DNA of 61,867 nucleotides, filler included, from Chthonomonadaceae bacterium (lineage in GTDB: Bacteria; Armatimonadota; Chthonomonadetes; Chthonomonadales; Chthonomonadaceae), in NCBI GenBank assembly GCA_035650735.1. It is 4 parts of 4 records of this genome, joined end to end, with 100 filler letters (N's around TTAATTAATTAA, not from the genome) between each part and the next. Parts side by side here need not be neighbours in the genome. Positions count along the whole stretch, not along the records: positions 29,519 to 38,922 come from DASRGZ010000025.1; positions 39,023 to 55,988 come from DASRGZ010000027.1; 2 more parts are not named here. One strand, 5' to 3'. Below, in pieces: positions 33,931 through 46,797 of the stretch; the stretch's first letter is position 1; every line of letters starts with the position of its first letter. Position numbers and translations under genes: made by a program. The notes beneath the pieces were generated by a model. That model made no database searches. It was not told the DNA's origin and was given only the letters and a program-made list of their open reading frames with translations.

Positions 33931-34923
33931 GTGATACGTGTCGGACTGATCGGATGCGGATCGATAATGGGCGCGCACCTGCCGGGCTGGAAGGCGGTCG
34001 AAGGGCGCGCGCAAGTGGTTGCTGCGTGCGACGTGCAGGAGGCCAACGCGCGCAAGCGCGCGGAGGAGTTGGGCGGCACGGCGCGGGTCTTTACCGACTG
34101 GAAGGCCCTGCTCTCGGAGGGCAACGTGGATGCGGTGGATGTCGCCCTACCGCACCACCTGCATCGGGATGCGATTGTGGACGCTGCCGAGGCGGGAAAG
34201 CATATCCTGACGGAGAAGCCGCTCTGCACCACGCTGGAGGAGGCGCGCGACATTGAGGCGGCGGTCAAGGCCAATGGCGTGACCCTGGTGTGCGCGCACT
34301 GCCAGATGTTTGAGCCGGCCCCACGCACGGCGCGTCAGTGGATCAAGGAGGGCAAGATCGGGCGGGTCTTTAGCCTGCGGACGGTAGATTGCTTCTATTT
34401 CCCCGTTGAGGACAAGGCGAAGTGGGGCTGGCGCGGCTCAGCGGCGGAGGCGGGCGGCGGGTGCGCGCTCGATACGGGCTACCATCCGACCTACCTGCTG
34501 ATCTCCATCGCCAACTCGGAGCCTAAAGAGGTGGTCAGCTTCAGCGCCAACTATAACCAGCCGACGCTGGATGCCGAAGATACCGCGCAGACAATGGTGC
34601 GCTTCGCCAACGGCGCTGTCGGCACGCTGGAGACCTCCTGGGGGCATCCGGTTCCCAATGGGCACTGGCAGTTCCATGCTATCGGCGAGAAGGGCCAGAT
34701 TTTCGGGCGCGGCAACAACCTCTACTTCCAGCCGTTACAGGGCGAGATCGAGAAGCACATCCTGGAGCCGGAGAACGGTTTCGTCGGGGAGATCAAGCAC
34801 TTTGTGGAGTGCATCGAGACGGGCAAGACGCCGGAACAGGGCTTGCACGAAGGCATCACCGTGCTCAAGGTCATTCTGGGCGGCTATCAGTCGGAGCACG
34901 AGAAGCGCGTCATCCCGCTTTAA
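33931..34923 (+). CDS. Gfo/Idh/MocA family oxidoreductase
   Basis: VGLIGCGSI, GKHILTEKP, GGGCALDTGYH. Confidence 0.92.
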   Translation: MIRVGLIGCGSIMGAHLPGWKAVEGRAQVVAACDVQEANARKRAEELGGTARVFTDWKALLSEGNVDAVDVALPHHLHRDAIVDAAEAGKHILTEKPLCTTLEEARDIEAAVKANGVTLVCAHCQMFEPAPRTARQWIKEGKIGRVFSLRTVDCFYFPVEDKAKWGWRGSAAEAGGGCALDTGYHPTYLLISIANSEPKEVVSFSANYNQPTLDAEDTAQTMVRFANGAVGTLETSWGHPVPNGHWQFHAIGEKGQIFGRGNNLYFQPLQGEIEKHILEPENGFVGEIKHFVECIETGKTPEQGLHEGITVLKVILGGYQSEHEKRVIPL

Positions 34924-35126
34924 ACCACGCCGCGCTGCCGCTCTGTACATTGCAAACTTGCCGCTGATTTTCACCAAATCCACAACCGGATGCCTCCTGC
35001 CAAGAGACATCCGGTTCTCTTTTGCTAAGTTCCATACAATGGCCGGGAGGCTAAGCGCGGTGGCGGCGCCGCCGCGTGGAGAGGACCGACTGCTACGGCC
35101 CGGTTGGCTGCTCCAAAGAGAAGCAC

Positions 35127-35898
35127 CTACTCCTTTGCGCCCGCCTGCTTGAGCATCTGAAGAATATGAGTCTGCTTGTATCGCTTCGCCAATCCAAGTG
35201 CCGTCTCGCCTGTAGGAGACTTATAGTTATCATTGGCATGATGCTTGAGCAAGAGCTTGACGACCTCTATACGCCCATAGTGGATAGCCACCATCAAAGG
35301 CGTCCTGCCAAAATCGTTAAATCGCTGGTCGTAGTCCCGTCTCATTACGGGAGCGTTGATATCCGCGCCTGCATCTAATAGTATCCGTACAATCTCTGGA
35401 TGTCCCGCCTGGGCCGCCAAAGCCAAGGCTGTCTCACCTGTGTCCTTGCCGGTATTAGGGTTGGCTCCCTTACTTAATAAGAACCGGACAATATTGCTTT
35501 GGCCGTAACCCACTGCTCGTAGAAAAGAATTGGTATAGAAATCCTCTTGCACAGGCCAGCTCTTCTTCCACCAGAACTTGAGGATCGCTAGGTGTCCTTG
35601 TGCTGCCGCCTCATCCAGAGCCACTTGTGTACCATACCGACGGGGAGATTTGGCGCATCAGTGCCTCAAAAGCAGCAACATCCCCTTCGTGTGCGGCCCT
35701 GAAGAGAGCATTGGTCAACGCTCGATAATGGGTCTGCTCAGCTTGCGTGCGTTCCTTTTGCTCCCGCCGTAGATGTTCTTGCTTATCCAGATAGATTCGA
35801 TGGATGATGTAATTGGAGAGAAGAATACCAACAAACAGAATTGGCACGCTCAGCGGTAATAAAGCACGAAACTTGGGTCTGTTCTGGGTGGTTATCAT
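35127..35898 (-). CDS. Membrane-anchored ankyrin-repeat protein, apparently split by a frameshift near 35640
   Basis: 35611-35898 has a TM segment and ALFRAAHEGD; overlapping 35127-35624 has ankyrin repeats GETALALAA, GRTPLMVA. Confidence 0.7.
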
Positions 35899-35935
35899 CC
35901 CGATTGCCTCCCAGGCTCCTATCGCTTAAAACCGA

Positions 35936-36586
35936 CTATTGCCTGCCCAAGTAATCTTCAACCTGAGATAGGTTCCCTAATTTGATCACTTTTCTCGCCG
36001 GAGTACAAAGCAAGAAGGTGGGCGTGGCATTCACGCCCAATGCCTTGCCGAGTTGCAGATCGCTCTCGACGGCTGCCGGTGCCGCCTGGCTAAGATCGCG
36101 CCTCAGTCGGTTGGGGTCTAGCCGCAGCCGTTGTACATAGGTTTGGAGATCAGAGGCAAGCAAGTGGCCGTTGGAGTTCATAAGCAGGTCATGCAGGGAC
36201 CAGAATTGCCCCTGTACGCGAGCGGCTTCGGCCTCAATGGCCGCCGGTTTCGCTTGTGGATGCATGGGCAGAGGAAAGTGATGAAAGAGTAGTTTCACCT
36301 GCTCTTTAGGGCGGTGTAATGTCTCCAGCACCCTGGGATGCATGGCAATACAGGCTGGGCATTGATAATCGGCAAATTCCACCAGCACGAAGGGAGCTTG
36401 CGCATTTCCTCGGTAAAGCGGATGTTTTCCGATAACTGTCTCTTGGGACACCGACAGAACCTCTGGTTTCTCTGCGCTTGGATGGTATCGCTTGAAGATA
36501 CAGTTCGACACGTATAAGACCATCCCTGCCGCCAGTAAAATAAAGAGGCTCAAAATGGCACGATCCATTCGGTTCATATGCGCCAC
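35936..36586 (-). CDS. DsbA-family thiol-disulfide oxidoreductase
   Basis: EFADYQCPAC, HFPLPMH, GVNATPTF; N-terminal TM segment. Confidence 0.88.
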   Translation of the reverse strand: MAHMNRMDRAILSLFILLAAGMVLYVSNCIFKRYHPSAEKPEVLSVSQETVIGKHPLYRGNAQAPFVLVEFADYQCPACIAMHPRVLETLHRPKEQVKLLFHHFPLPMHPQAKPAAIEAEAARVQGQFWSLHDLLMNSNGHLLASDLQTYVQRLRLDPNRLRRDLSQAAPAAVESDLQLGKALGVNATPTFLLCTPARKVIKLGNLSQVEDYLGRQ

Positions 36587-36684
36587 TTTCCTATCTGCGT
36601 CATTAGCATCCAGTCAAAGCGCCTGCATTTTGGAGGCTTATCACTGGCATTGATGCATCAGCCAATAGATACACCCAAAAAAAT

Positions 36685-37764
36685 TATAGTACTCCCCAGA
36701 GTCAAGACAGTTTTGGGGAAATTTAGATTAAGTTTGCATGCCCGGCGAGAGCCGCTTGCGGCTGTCTGTTGAGGAGCAGGCTCTCCTGCCCAAAGTAAAC
36801 GGCGGCGGGCGTCTTGTATCCCAGGGATTGGTGCAGACGCTGCTCATTATAGAAAGGAAAGTAGGCGTCCAGACCGGTGACGGCGTCCTGGGCCGTGGCG
36901 TACTCTTGGAGGTAGACTTCCTCATATTTGACCGTCCGCCACAGTCGCTCTACGAGATGTTATCCAGGGCACGGCCTCTCCCATCCATGCTGATCTGAAT
37001 ACCGCAATCCAGCAGACGACCGGTGAACGCCTGACTGGTAAACTGACTGCCTTGGTCGGTGTTGAACACTTCCGGCAACCCTTGCAGCAGCGCCGCATCC
37101 AAGGTCTTGAGACACTACTCCCCTTCCAGCGTGGGAGAAACCGACCAGGCCAGGACAGAGCGACTGAACCAGTCGATGACCGCCAATCAAGTAGACAAAG
37201 CCCGCCTGCATCCGCACATAGGGGATGTCGCAACTCCAGACCTGATTGACCCGTCCAATCGTAACATGACGCAACAGGCAGGGATAGACCGTGTGTTCGG
37301 GCGCGCTCAGGCTGGTTTTGGGCTGCGGGCAAAGAGCTGCAGGCCCATCGCCCGCAACAGACGCCGCACCCGCTTGGGATTGACAACATATCCCTGCGTG
37401 CTCAACCACTCGGTCATTTTGAGCACGCCATAGAAAGGAGTGCGCGTGTACTGCTCGTCCAACAGCCGCATCAAATGCAGGTTCTCTTGGTTCTCCCCCT
37501 GCGGCTGGTAGTGTAGACTCGAACGTGACAGACCCAGCAGTTGGCACTGACGCACCAGGCTCAGGCGCGGCTGGGCCGGCTCCATGAGCGTGCGCTTGTA
37601 CTCAACGGGCCGGTCCAACTTTTTTTCAACCAGTCCAACTCCAATTGCAGTTGCCCGATCTGCTGGTAGAGACGCTCCCGCAGGGTTTCTTCGTCCGCGC
37701 CGGCCTTGGCCCGCTGCGAGGAGAACACGCAGGGCAACTCCTCGAGTACCTGCTTCTTCCACTG
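36685..37764 (-). mobile_element. Degenerate IS3-family element (multiply frameshifted, 5' truncated)
   Basis: Fragments QWKKQ...LYQQIGQLQLELDWLKKS, RQCQLLGLSRSS, PFYG..KM, KRVRRLLRAMGL, NQVWSCDIPY in different frames; boundaries approximate. Confidence 0.8.
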
Positions 37765-37837
37765 TGACAGAAGCACGGGGGGATGCCGTAGCCCTGTGTG
37801 TCTATAATAGGTGAGACAATTCCTGGGCCAACGTAAC

Positions 37838-38922
37838 TGTAATGAAACTATCAGCACAGGGCGGGGAAAGATGTCCATCAATATGTCAGCAACGACCGTA
37901 CCATCACGACTTGCCAGCCTGTTCCAGAAGAACGGAGCCGGTCAATCCTCTCCCAATGGATTGACCGCCCGGTTGGAGGAGCCGGAGGCGACGACAAGCG
38001 AGCGGTCAAGCGCCGCCTGTGGCGGCGCCACGACCCCTGGTCCTGAGCCCGCTCTCGAACCCCACCAGACTGCCAAGGCCTGCCGGCGCCGCTATAGCAA
38101 AGCCGAGAAGCTACGCATCCTGCGCCTGGCCGATGCCTGCAAAGAGCGCGGTCAACTCGGCGCTCTCCTGCGGCGAGAAGGCATCTACCCCTCGACGCTG
38201 CGCGATTTCCAACAGCAGCGTGCCAACGGGCACCTCGAACCCAACTCCGAACGAGAGCAACAGGCCGCCCGTGCCGAAGCGAAGCAGGACAAGCAGCGCA
38301 TTGCCGAGTTAGAGGCGCACAACCGCCAGCTTCAGCACCGGCTGGAGCAGGCCGAACTGAGCATCGACGTCCCAAAAAAACTCTCGCAGCTTCTGGGCAT
38401 CTCCCTGCCGCAGACGCCGCAAGAGGAGGGTCCGATGTACTCTTAAAGCGAGCCGAGGAACTGGCTCGACAGGTTGGTCCGACCCTGACCTGCCGCGCCC
38501 TCGGTCTCAGCCGCGCCACCTTCTATCGGCGCCGGGCCTCACTACCGGCCAGAAGCTTCCCGAGCAGGCCCGATCCTGCTGCCCAATCCTCGGGGGCGCC
38601 TCGGCGCAAGAGTGCGCGGGCACTTCCCCAGCAGGAGCAACACAGCGTGCTCGATTTACTCTATTCGCCGCGCTTCGCCGAGATGGCGCCCGCCGAGATC
38701 GTGGCGACGCTCTTAGACGAAGGAGCCTATGTTTGCTCGGTTTCAACGATGTATCGGTTGCTCCGAAGCCATAAGGCGGTGCGCGAACGGCGGCGCGTGC
38801 TTCGGCATCGGCGCTACACGCGACCCGAACTGCTGGCAACCGGCCCCAACCGGCTCTGGAGTTGGGACATCACCAAGCTCAAAGGGCCAGGCAAATGGCC
38901 CTACTACTATCTGTCTGTGAGC
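37838..38922 (+). mobile_element. IS3-family element (orfA plus 5' part of orfB, cut by contig end)
   Basis: orfA RRRYSKAEKLRILR...LLRREGIY; A7C slippery run at 38374-38381 into an open -1 frame encoding CRALGLSRATFYR...PELLATGPNRLWSWDITKL; left boundary approximate. Confidence 0.82.
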
Positions 38923-39022
38923 NNNNNNNNNNNNNNNNNNNNNNNNNNNNNNNNNNNNNNNNNNNNTTAATTAATTAANNNNNNNNNNNNNNNNNNNNNN
39001 NNNNNNNNNNNNNNNNNNNNNN
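38923..39022. other. Artificial contig spacer
   Basis: N44-TTAATTAATTAA-N44. Confidence 0.97.
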
Positions 39023-39097
39023 TCCTCGCGGACGGAACAACCGGCCTATCGGCAGGGGGATTGCCTTCGTAGAGCGGAAAGAGCCGTCCGCAACGGA

Positions 39098-39266
39098 GCG
39101 TCCGCTAGTCGCAAGGCAGAGGCGCGAGTGTCGCCAGGCGGAGATCGCCAGGCAGAGCCGCGAACCGTTGAGCGGCGTCCCTGGCAGTCGAGCGTGCGCA
39201 GTTCCGACCCTAGCAGTGGTAGCGCCGTCCCTTGCAGTCGCCTGGCCGCAGGCCCTACAGGCGGGT
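39098..39266. repeat. Modular palindromic repeat, related to 33460-33723
   Basis: Shares CGTCCGCTAGTCGCAAGGC, GAGCCGCGAACCGTTGAGCGGCGTCCC (inverted) and AGTTCCGACCCTAGCAGTGG modules. Confidence 0.75.
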
Positions 39267-39342
39267 CATTCATGGCCCGGCTGGAGGCTCTTTGCAGGCA
39301 GCGGCGGCGTCAAGTGCCAAACGCACAAGAGGCCATTATAAT

Positions 39343-39377
39343 AAAAACCGGCCTGTCGGAATGCCCCGACAGGCCGG
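39343..39377 (-). terminator. leuS terminator
   Basis: Perfect stem CCGGCCTGTCGG/CCGACAGGCCGG followed by TTTTT on the minus strand. Confidence 0.8.
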
Positions 39378-39396
39378 GCTTGCGTTGGGGTGGACG

Positions 39397-42093
<2,697 letters not shown>

Positions 42094-42184
42094 ACATCGC
42101 CCCTTGTTATGGGTGGGAACCTCCCCGGCACAGGGCCAGAGGCGTTTCGCCCCCCACCCCTTGTTCGGTAAAAAGGAAGATAGC

Positions 42185-42218
42185 AAAAAACCCGGCGGAC
42201 CGCCATGCGGTCGCCGGG
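42185..42218 (-). terminator. Attenuator terminator in the leuS leader
   Basis: CCCGGCGACCGC-ATG-GCGGTCCGCCGGG-TTTTTT on the minus strand, about 90 nt before leuS. Confidence 0.8.
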
Positions 42219-42252
42219 CCTGGAAAGGATAAGCAAAACGTCGGGCAACCGC

Positions 42253-42351
42253 TCAGGAGACGCACGCGAGGGCAAGGCGCGCAAGAAGGAGCGGCGTATG
42301 TAGCCGGCCGTTTGCAAAAGAAGGCGGATTATTGGCTGCTATGTGTGCCAT
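42253..42351 (-). CDS. Leu-rich leader peptide (32 aa)
   Basis: MAHIAANNPPSFANGRLHTPLLLARLALACVS*: six Leu codons, three consecutive, between the promoter and the terminator. Confidence 0.7.
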   Translation of the reverse strand: MAHIAANNPPSFANGRLHTPLLLARLALACVS

Positions 42352-42405
42352 AACAAAAAAGCCAGCGTTCCACAAAAGATACTGCGGTGAGATTTCAATC
42401 ACTTT

Positions 42406-42434
42406 ATTATACGCTGTAGAAGGCGCTAAGTCAA
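42406..42434 (-). promoter_or_regulatory. Sigma70 promoter for the leader-leuS transcript
   Basis: Minus strand TTGACT-17 nt-TATAAT. Confidence 0.75.
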
Positions 42435-42499
42435 CGATCTGTTTTCTAAGGACGGCGCTGCCGTATAATTTGCAGCGTAAGGATCATCATTCGCTAAAG

Positions 42500-42770
42500 C
42501 CCTCATCCCCTGCCCCCCTCTCCCGGCGCTGCGGGAGAGGGGAGAGCAGAAGCCGGGTCCCCCCTTTCGCTGCCGCGTGAGCGGCGAATCAGGGTCGCTA
42601 GGTGGAGGGCTGTGGCAAGGCGGAGGCAAGGGCCGTAACCTTGCCGACCCTGGCAGTCCATTGTAGGCCCGACCCTTGCAGTGGGGTGGGCACGGTGATA
42701 GGCGTGCGCTGGATATAGGTCTTGCAGTCCATTGCAGGCCCGACCCTTGCAGTGGGGGCCGGGGGGTTAG
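42500..42770. repeat. REP-like palindromes and modular repeat cluster
   Basis: CCCTCATCCCC...CCCCTCTCCC...GGGAGAGGGG plus duplicated GCAGTCCATTG(T/C)AGGCCCGACCCTTGCAGTGGGG; inverted relatives at 46521-46745. Confidence 0.7.
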
Positions 42771-42904
42771 GTGCAATACGAGTTTAGCAGGGGAGGGGCT
42801 GTCTTACGGGGAATATCTCTGTGCGGTTGGCGAAAGACCAGAGGCAGGAGCTTCAGGAAGGCTCGCGAATCAATAATTCCTTCATGGGAGTGAGCAAATC
42901 CACA

Positions 42905-43915
42905 ATGCAGACGAACAGAACTGTATTTATCGAGGACGTGCGGCGCAAAAGGCGTGGTGTTTCGGCGCTGCTGGCATTGGCGGCGGTTTGTGCGGCGCTG
43001 GCGGGCGGGTGCGCCCGGTCTACCGTGACGACGACCATCAATCCCAACGGCTCCTGGGTGCGGCAGGATGCCTTCCACGCCACGGCTTCCGACGAGAAAG
43101 GATTCAATCTCGGCGTTAAGCTGGAGGATGTTTTCTTCCTGCCGAGCGGGGTAACGTGGAAGGTAACACGAGCAAAGAAGGGCGATGAAGTCGCCTACAC
43201 TGCTGAACGGACCCTGCAGGCCGGAGAGACGCTGAAGCAGGACATTGCCTGGAAGGGAGAAGATAAGGCGGCCCAGACCAGCGCGCTGGGCAACGAAGTC
43301 ACCGTGCGCCAGGTGGCGCCCGGCAGGTACGAATACCGGGAAGTGCTGCACTGGCAGGGCAAATTGCCCAAGGAAGTAACCGAGTTAGATCCGCAGTTGC
43401 TTGCCGCCGTTAAGGGCGCGCTGCCGCCCGCCCTGGCTACCGATGCCAACGCTAAAGAGACTGCCCAGATCGTCAACCGGGAGTTTCTGCGAATGTTATT
43501 CGGCCCGCGCGACCCCATGATGATATCCTTTTTTGCCCAGATACTGATGAGCCCCGATCTGATGGAGCGGCGCGTCATGAGTCGTATCGGGGGCGCGGTC
43601 AGCAAAGCGCTGGAAGAGAAATTCGGCGCACAGCTTCCGCCGGAAGAGCGGCGTGCCGTAGCGATAAAGATCATGACCGCCGCCTTCAACTCGGCGCAAA
43701 CAAAGGTCAAGTCGCAAGCCAAACCGGAGGCAGCAGCCGGCGCGAATTCGGCCCCCTCTCCCTCCCTGACGTTCATCGTGAAAATGCCGGGCAAGATCGT
43801 AGACACCAATGGCGAGGTGGATGAGTTCACCGGCGAGGTCTACTGGTCGTTCTATCCCCAGGCGGCAGCGCTGGGCGATGTCATCCTGACGGCGACCTGC
43901 GACGTAAACAAGTAA
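42905..43915 (+). CDS. Hypothetical lipoprotein
   Basis: Basic N-region, hydrophobic stretch and LAGG-C lipobox-like site; start uncertain. Confidence 0.7.
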   Translation: MQTNRTVFIEDVRRKRRGVSALLALAAVCAALAGGCARSTVTTTINPNGSWVRQDAFHATASDEKGFNLGVKLEDVFFLPSGVTWKVTRAKKGDEVAYTAERTLQAGETLKQDIAWKGEDKAAQTSALGNEVTVRQVAPGRYEYREVLHWQGKLPKEVTELDPQLLAAVKGALPPALATDANAKETAQIVNREFLRMLFGPRDPMMISFFAQILMSPDLMERRVMSRIGGAVSKALEEKFGAQLPPEERRAVAIKIMTAAFNSAQTKVKSQAKPEAAAGANSAPSPSLTFIVKMPGKIVDTNGEVDEFTGEVYWSFYPQAAALGDVILTATCDVNK

Positions 43916-44048
43916 ACAAAGGAGTGCCGGGCCTGCCCCTGCGCTTGCGGGCTTATTCCGGCCTATTCTCATCCAGGGCAGGCAATGGTAAGCACATCCC
44001 GCGCGCACGCGCAGGTGCAGCATTGATTTTCCACACGGAGGAGCTAGT

Positions 44049-45067
44049 ATGTCACACGGATTTCGTTCCCTGATTCGGGTTGGAAGTGCTCTGGCCCTGC
44101 TGGCGCTCTGCCTGGGAGCGGCGGGACTGGCTGCGCTTCCCGTCCGCGCCGATACGGCCATCACGGCGGGCGCAGACAAGAAACTCAAGATATGGAATAT
44201 CGCCGACGGCACGGTCACGAAGACCATTGAGGCCCATGATGGCGCAGCCAATGCGGCCGTCCTCAGCCCGGACGGCAAGCTGCTGGCGACCGGCGGAGCG
44301 GATAAGAAGATCAAGCTCTGGAACCCGACCGACGGCACGCTGATCCAGACCCTGGACGCCCATGATGGCGCTGTGACCAGCCTGTTCTTCCTGCCGGACA
44401 ACTCCAAGCTCCTCTCCGGCGGGGCCGATAAAAAAGTCAAGGTCTGGAAGGTGGAGAACGGCAAGCTTCAGGAGAAGCCGCTGGTAGCCGTCGAGGCGCA
44501 CGAGGGATCGGTTATCGGCCTCTTCGGCACAGCCGACATGATTATTTCCGGCGGCGCGGATGGAATGATGACCGTCTGGGATGCGGCGGGCAACCCGACC
44601 ATATCGTTTCCGACCGAGCATGAGGGCGGCCTGACCAGCATGACACCGCATCCGAAGGAGCGTATGCTCTACACGGGCGGCAAGGACGGCAAGATCAAGT
44701 ACTGGAGCCAGGCGGCGCAGGGGACGTTCGAGGGCGCGCAGGGCAGCGCGGTGACGGCGCTGGCCGTTCTGCCCGACGGCAAGAACTCGTCTCCGGCGGG
44801 GCCGACGGCAAGGTCAAAATCTGGGACACCGACACGCACAAGCTGCTGACAACCATTGACGATGCGCACAAGGGCGCCGTCACCGTAATCTCCTTTTCCC
44901 CGGATGGCCGCATGATCTTCACGGGCGGGGCCGATGGCAAAGGGAAAGCCTGGAGCCCGGACGGCAAATTAATCCATTCGGTGGACGCGCACGACGGCGC
45001 GGTCACCGTCATCCTCTACCGTGCCGACAAGCCTGCCGGGGAGGAGAAGAAAGCGGAGAGCAAATAG
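44049..45067 (+). CDS. Secreted WD40-repeat protein with a frameshift near 44784
   Basis: Signal peptide; repeated AHDGAV...SPDGK.L.TGGADK.IK.W units; repeats continue in another frame (LVSGGADGKVKIWD...) to TAG 45065-45067. Confidence 0.85.
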
Positions 45068-45297
45068 GAGCGCCTGCCGCTTTCGGGCCGGGCCAGGGTC
45101 CTTCCGGTTTCTTTCCGGGCGGCGAAAGAACATGAGAACAGCGCCGATCGTGCTAGAATTTAGATAACTCAAGTTGCTACCTTGCCTCTTCGAGAAGGCA
45201 AACGGTGATGCAAAAGCCGGTTTCCAGAGCGATTCTCTCTCAAACGTGTTCCTAGGTAGCAACTTGGGTTAGATATATCGTCCGAGGAGGAGACGTT

Positions 45298-45765
45298 ATG
45301 CTGAATTTGCCGCAAGAGATCGCTGCCGCCTGCGCCCCACTGTTTGAGGCTATTCCGCTGGAGCAGGCGATGGACCAACTGCAAGGCAGCCATCCCAAAC
45401 AGACTCAACTGGTGGAGAGCGCCCTGCGCCATCCCGCGTTGGCCAGCCGCCCCCACCTTGCCGCCGGATTGTGGCTCTACGTGGATAACCTGGAGCGCAG
45501 CCATACCATCAGCCAGGGCCTCAACGATGCCGCCGGCGCCTACTGGCACGGCATCATGCACCGCCGGGAGGGCGATTTCGCCAACAGCCACTACTGGATG
45601 CGCCGGGCCAGCGCGCACCCGCTGCGCCAGGCCCGTCCTGACCTGGACCCTGATACCCTGGTGGATCAGGTGGCTGCCGCCCGCGGCCAGAATGCCCCGG
45701 AACTGGTGGCGCGACAGCGCGAGGAGTGGAAAGCGCTCTTCGAGTGGTGCGCCGCTAACGGCTAG
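45298..45765 (+). CDS. Hypothetical protein
   Basis: GAGGAGGAG SD; motif SHTISQ...YWHGIMHRREGDFANSHYW. Confidence 0.8.
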   Translation: MLNLPQEIAAACAPLFEAIPLEQAMDQLQGSHPKQTQLVESALRHPALASRPHLAAGLWLYVDNLERSHTISQGLNDAAGAYWHGIMHRREGDFANSHYWMRRASAHPLRQARPDLDPDTLVDQVAAARGQNAPELVARQREEWKALFEWCAANG

Positions 45766-45935
45766 AGTCCGAGGGTAAAGAAAAAACGCGCTGACGGCGT
45801 AAATTTGCCCATAAATTTGCAGATATTGGCAGGAATCGCGGAGAGCGGAAAGGGAAATAGGCAAGTGTTTCCACTGGAAGAAGCCGCAGGGCTTTCGCCC
45901 GCGCGGAGCGTCACCCAAAAAGGAGAGAAAGAGTC

Positions 45936-46367
45936 ATGAAGAAACTCGTATCTCTGATTGCGGCTGGTCTGCTGCTGGCGAACGTGACGACGCTGGCGCA
46001 GGACGCGGAGAAGAAGCCGAAAGTTTACACGCTCGTCGTTGATGGCGTCGTTTGAGCGGGATGTGCCGGTCAGGTGATCGGCTCAATGAAGTCCGTCGAG
46101 GGCGTCACCGTCATCACGGAGCCGAAGCCAGGCGGCAAGAACGCGCAGAGCCTGGCTATTGTGGAACTCAGCGGCAAGGCAAGCCTGGGCAAGCTGCTGA
46201 CGGCGCTGGAAGCCGCCAAGACGCCGCACGCCGAAAAAGCGCCGCCTGGCGCAGAAGCCGTCATTCCGGGCAGACTCAAGCCCACCGCCACGCCCGAAGC
46301 CATTATGAGCGCCCTGGATAAAGCCGGCTTGACGGCCTCGGAGAAGGAGGAGGCGGAAGTCAAGTAA
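45936..46367 (+). CDS. Secreted HMA-like protein with in-frame UGA (candidate selenoprotein, UxxC)
   Basis: AGGAG + ATG 45936, signal peptide, YTLVVDGVV-UGA(46053)-AG-C-AGQV, same frame continues to TAA 46367; SECIS-like hairpin 46065-46082. Confidence 0.72.
46065..46082 (+). promoter_or_regulatory. Candidate bacterial SECIS element
   Basis: Stem GCCGGTC/GATCGGC, apical loop AGGT starting 16 nt after the UGA. Confidence 0.6.
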
Positions 46368-46404
46368 CGGCTCGCCTGCTATTGACAATTGCCAGGGTAG
46401 AAAC

Positions 46405-46438
46405 ATCGGGCGGCTCTCATCTCGGAGCCGCCCGATTT
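46405..46438 (+). terminator. Hairpin / probable terminator
   Basis: Perfect 12-bp stem ATCGGGCGGCTC/GAGCCGCCCGAT with a short T run. Confidence 0.55.
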
Positions 46439-46445
46439 GCGTTCC

Positions 46446-46745
46446 GGGAGCATCATAGCCCTCACCCCCGGCCCCTACTGCAAGAGCCATCTTTCTACTC
46501 GACCAGGTTGGCGATCACCAGGGAGCATCATAGCCCTCACCCCGGCCCCTACTGCAAGGGTCGGCCCTGCAATGGACTGCCAGGGTCGCGCCTACAATGG
46601 TTGGGCCCCTGCTCGGGTCGGCAAGGTGCTGCAAGGAACGGGCCTGCCATGGTTGGGCCTTCTGCCTTGCGAGGCCCTTGCCTCCGCCTAGCCACACCTG
46701 GCCACAGCCCTCCGCCTGGCGAGCCACGCTGCGGGAGAGGGGAGC
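46446..46745. repeat. REP-like / modular repeat cluster
   Basis: Direct repeat GGGAGCATCATAGCCCTCACCCC(C)GGCCCCTACTGCAAG at 46446 and 46521; inverted homology to 42595-42770. Confidence 0.72.
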
Positions 46746-46797
46746 GATGTTTTCCTACGCGATGGTGCGCCCCACGCAGGGAGGGTTAGAGCGCTCC

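Noticed and set aside
42094..42400. T-box riboswitch upstream of leuS
   Set aside because: No GGTGGNACCGCG T-box sequence found; the leader-peptide attenuator explains the region better
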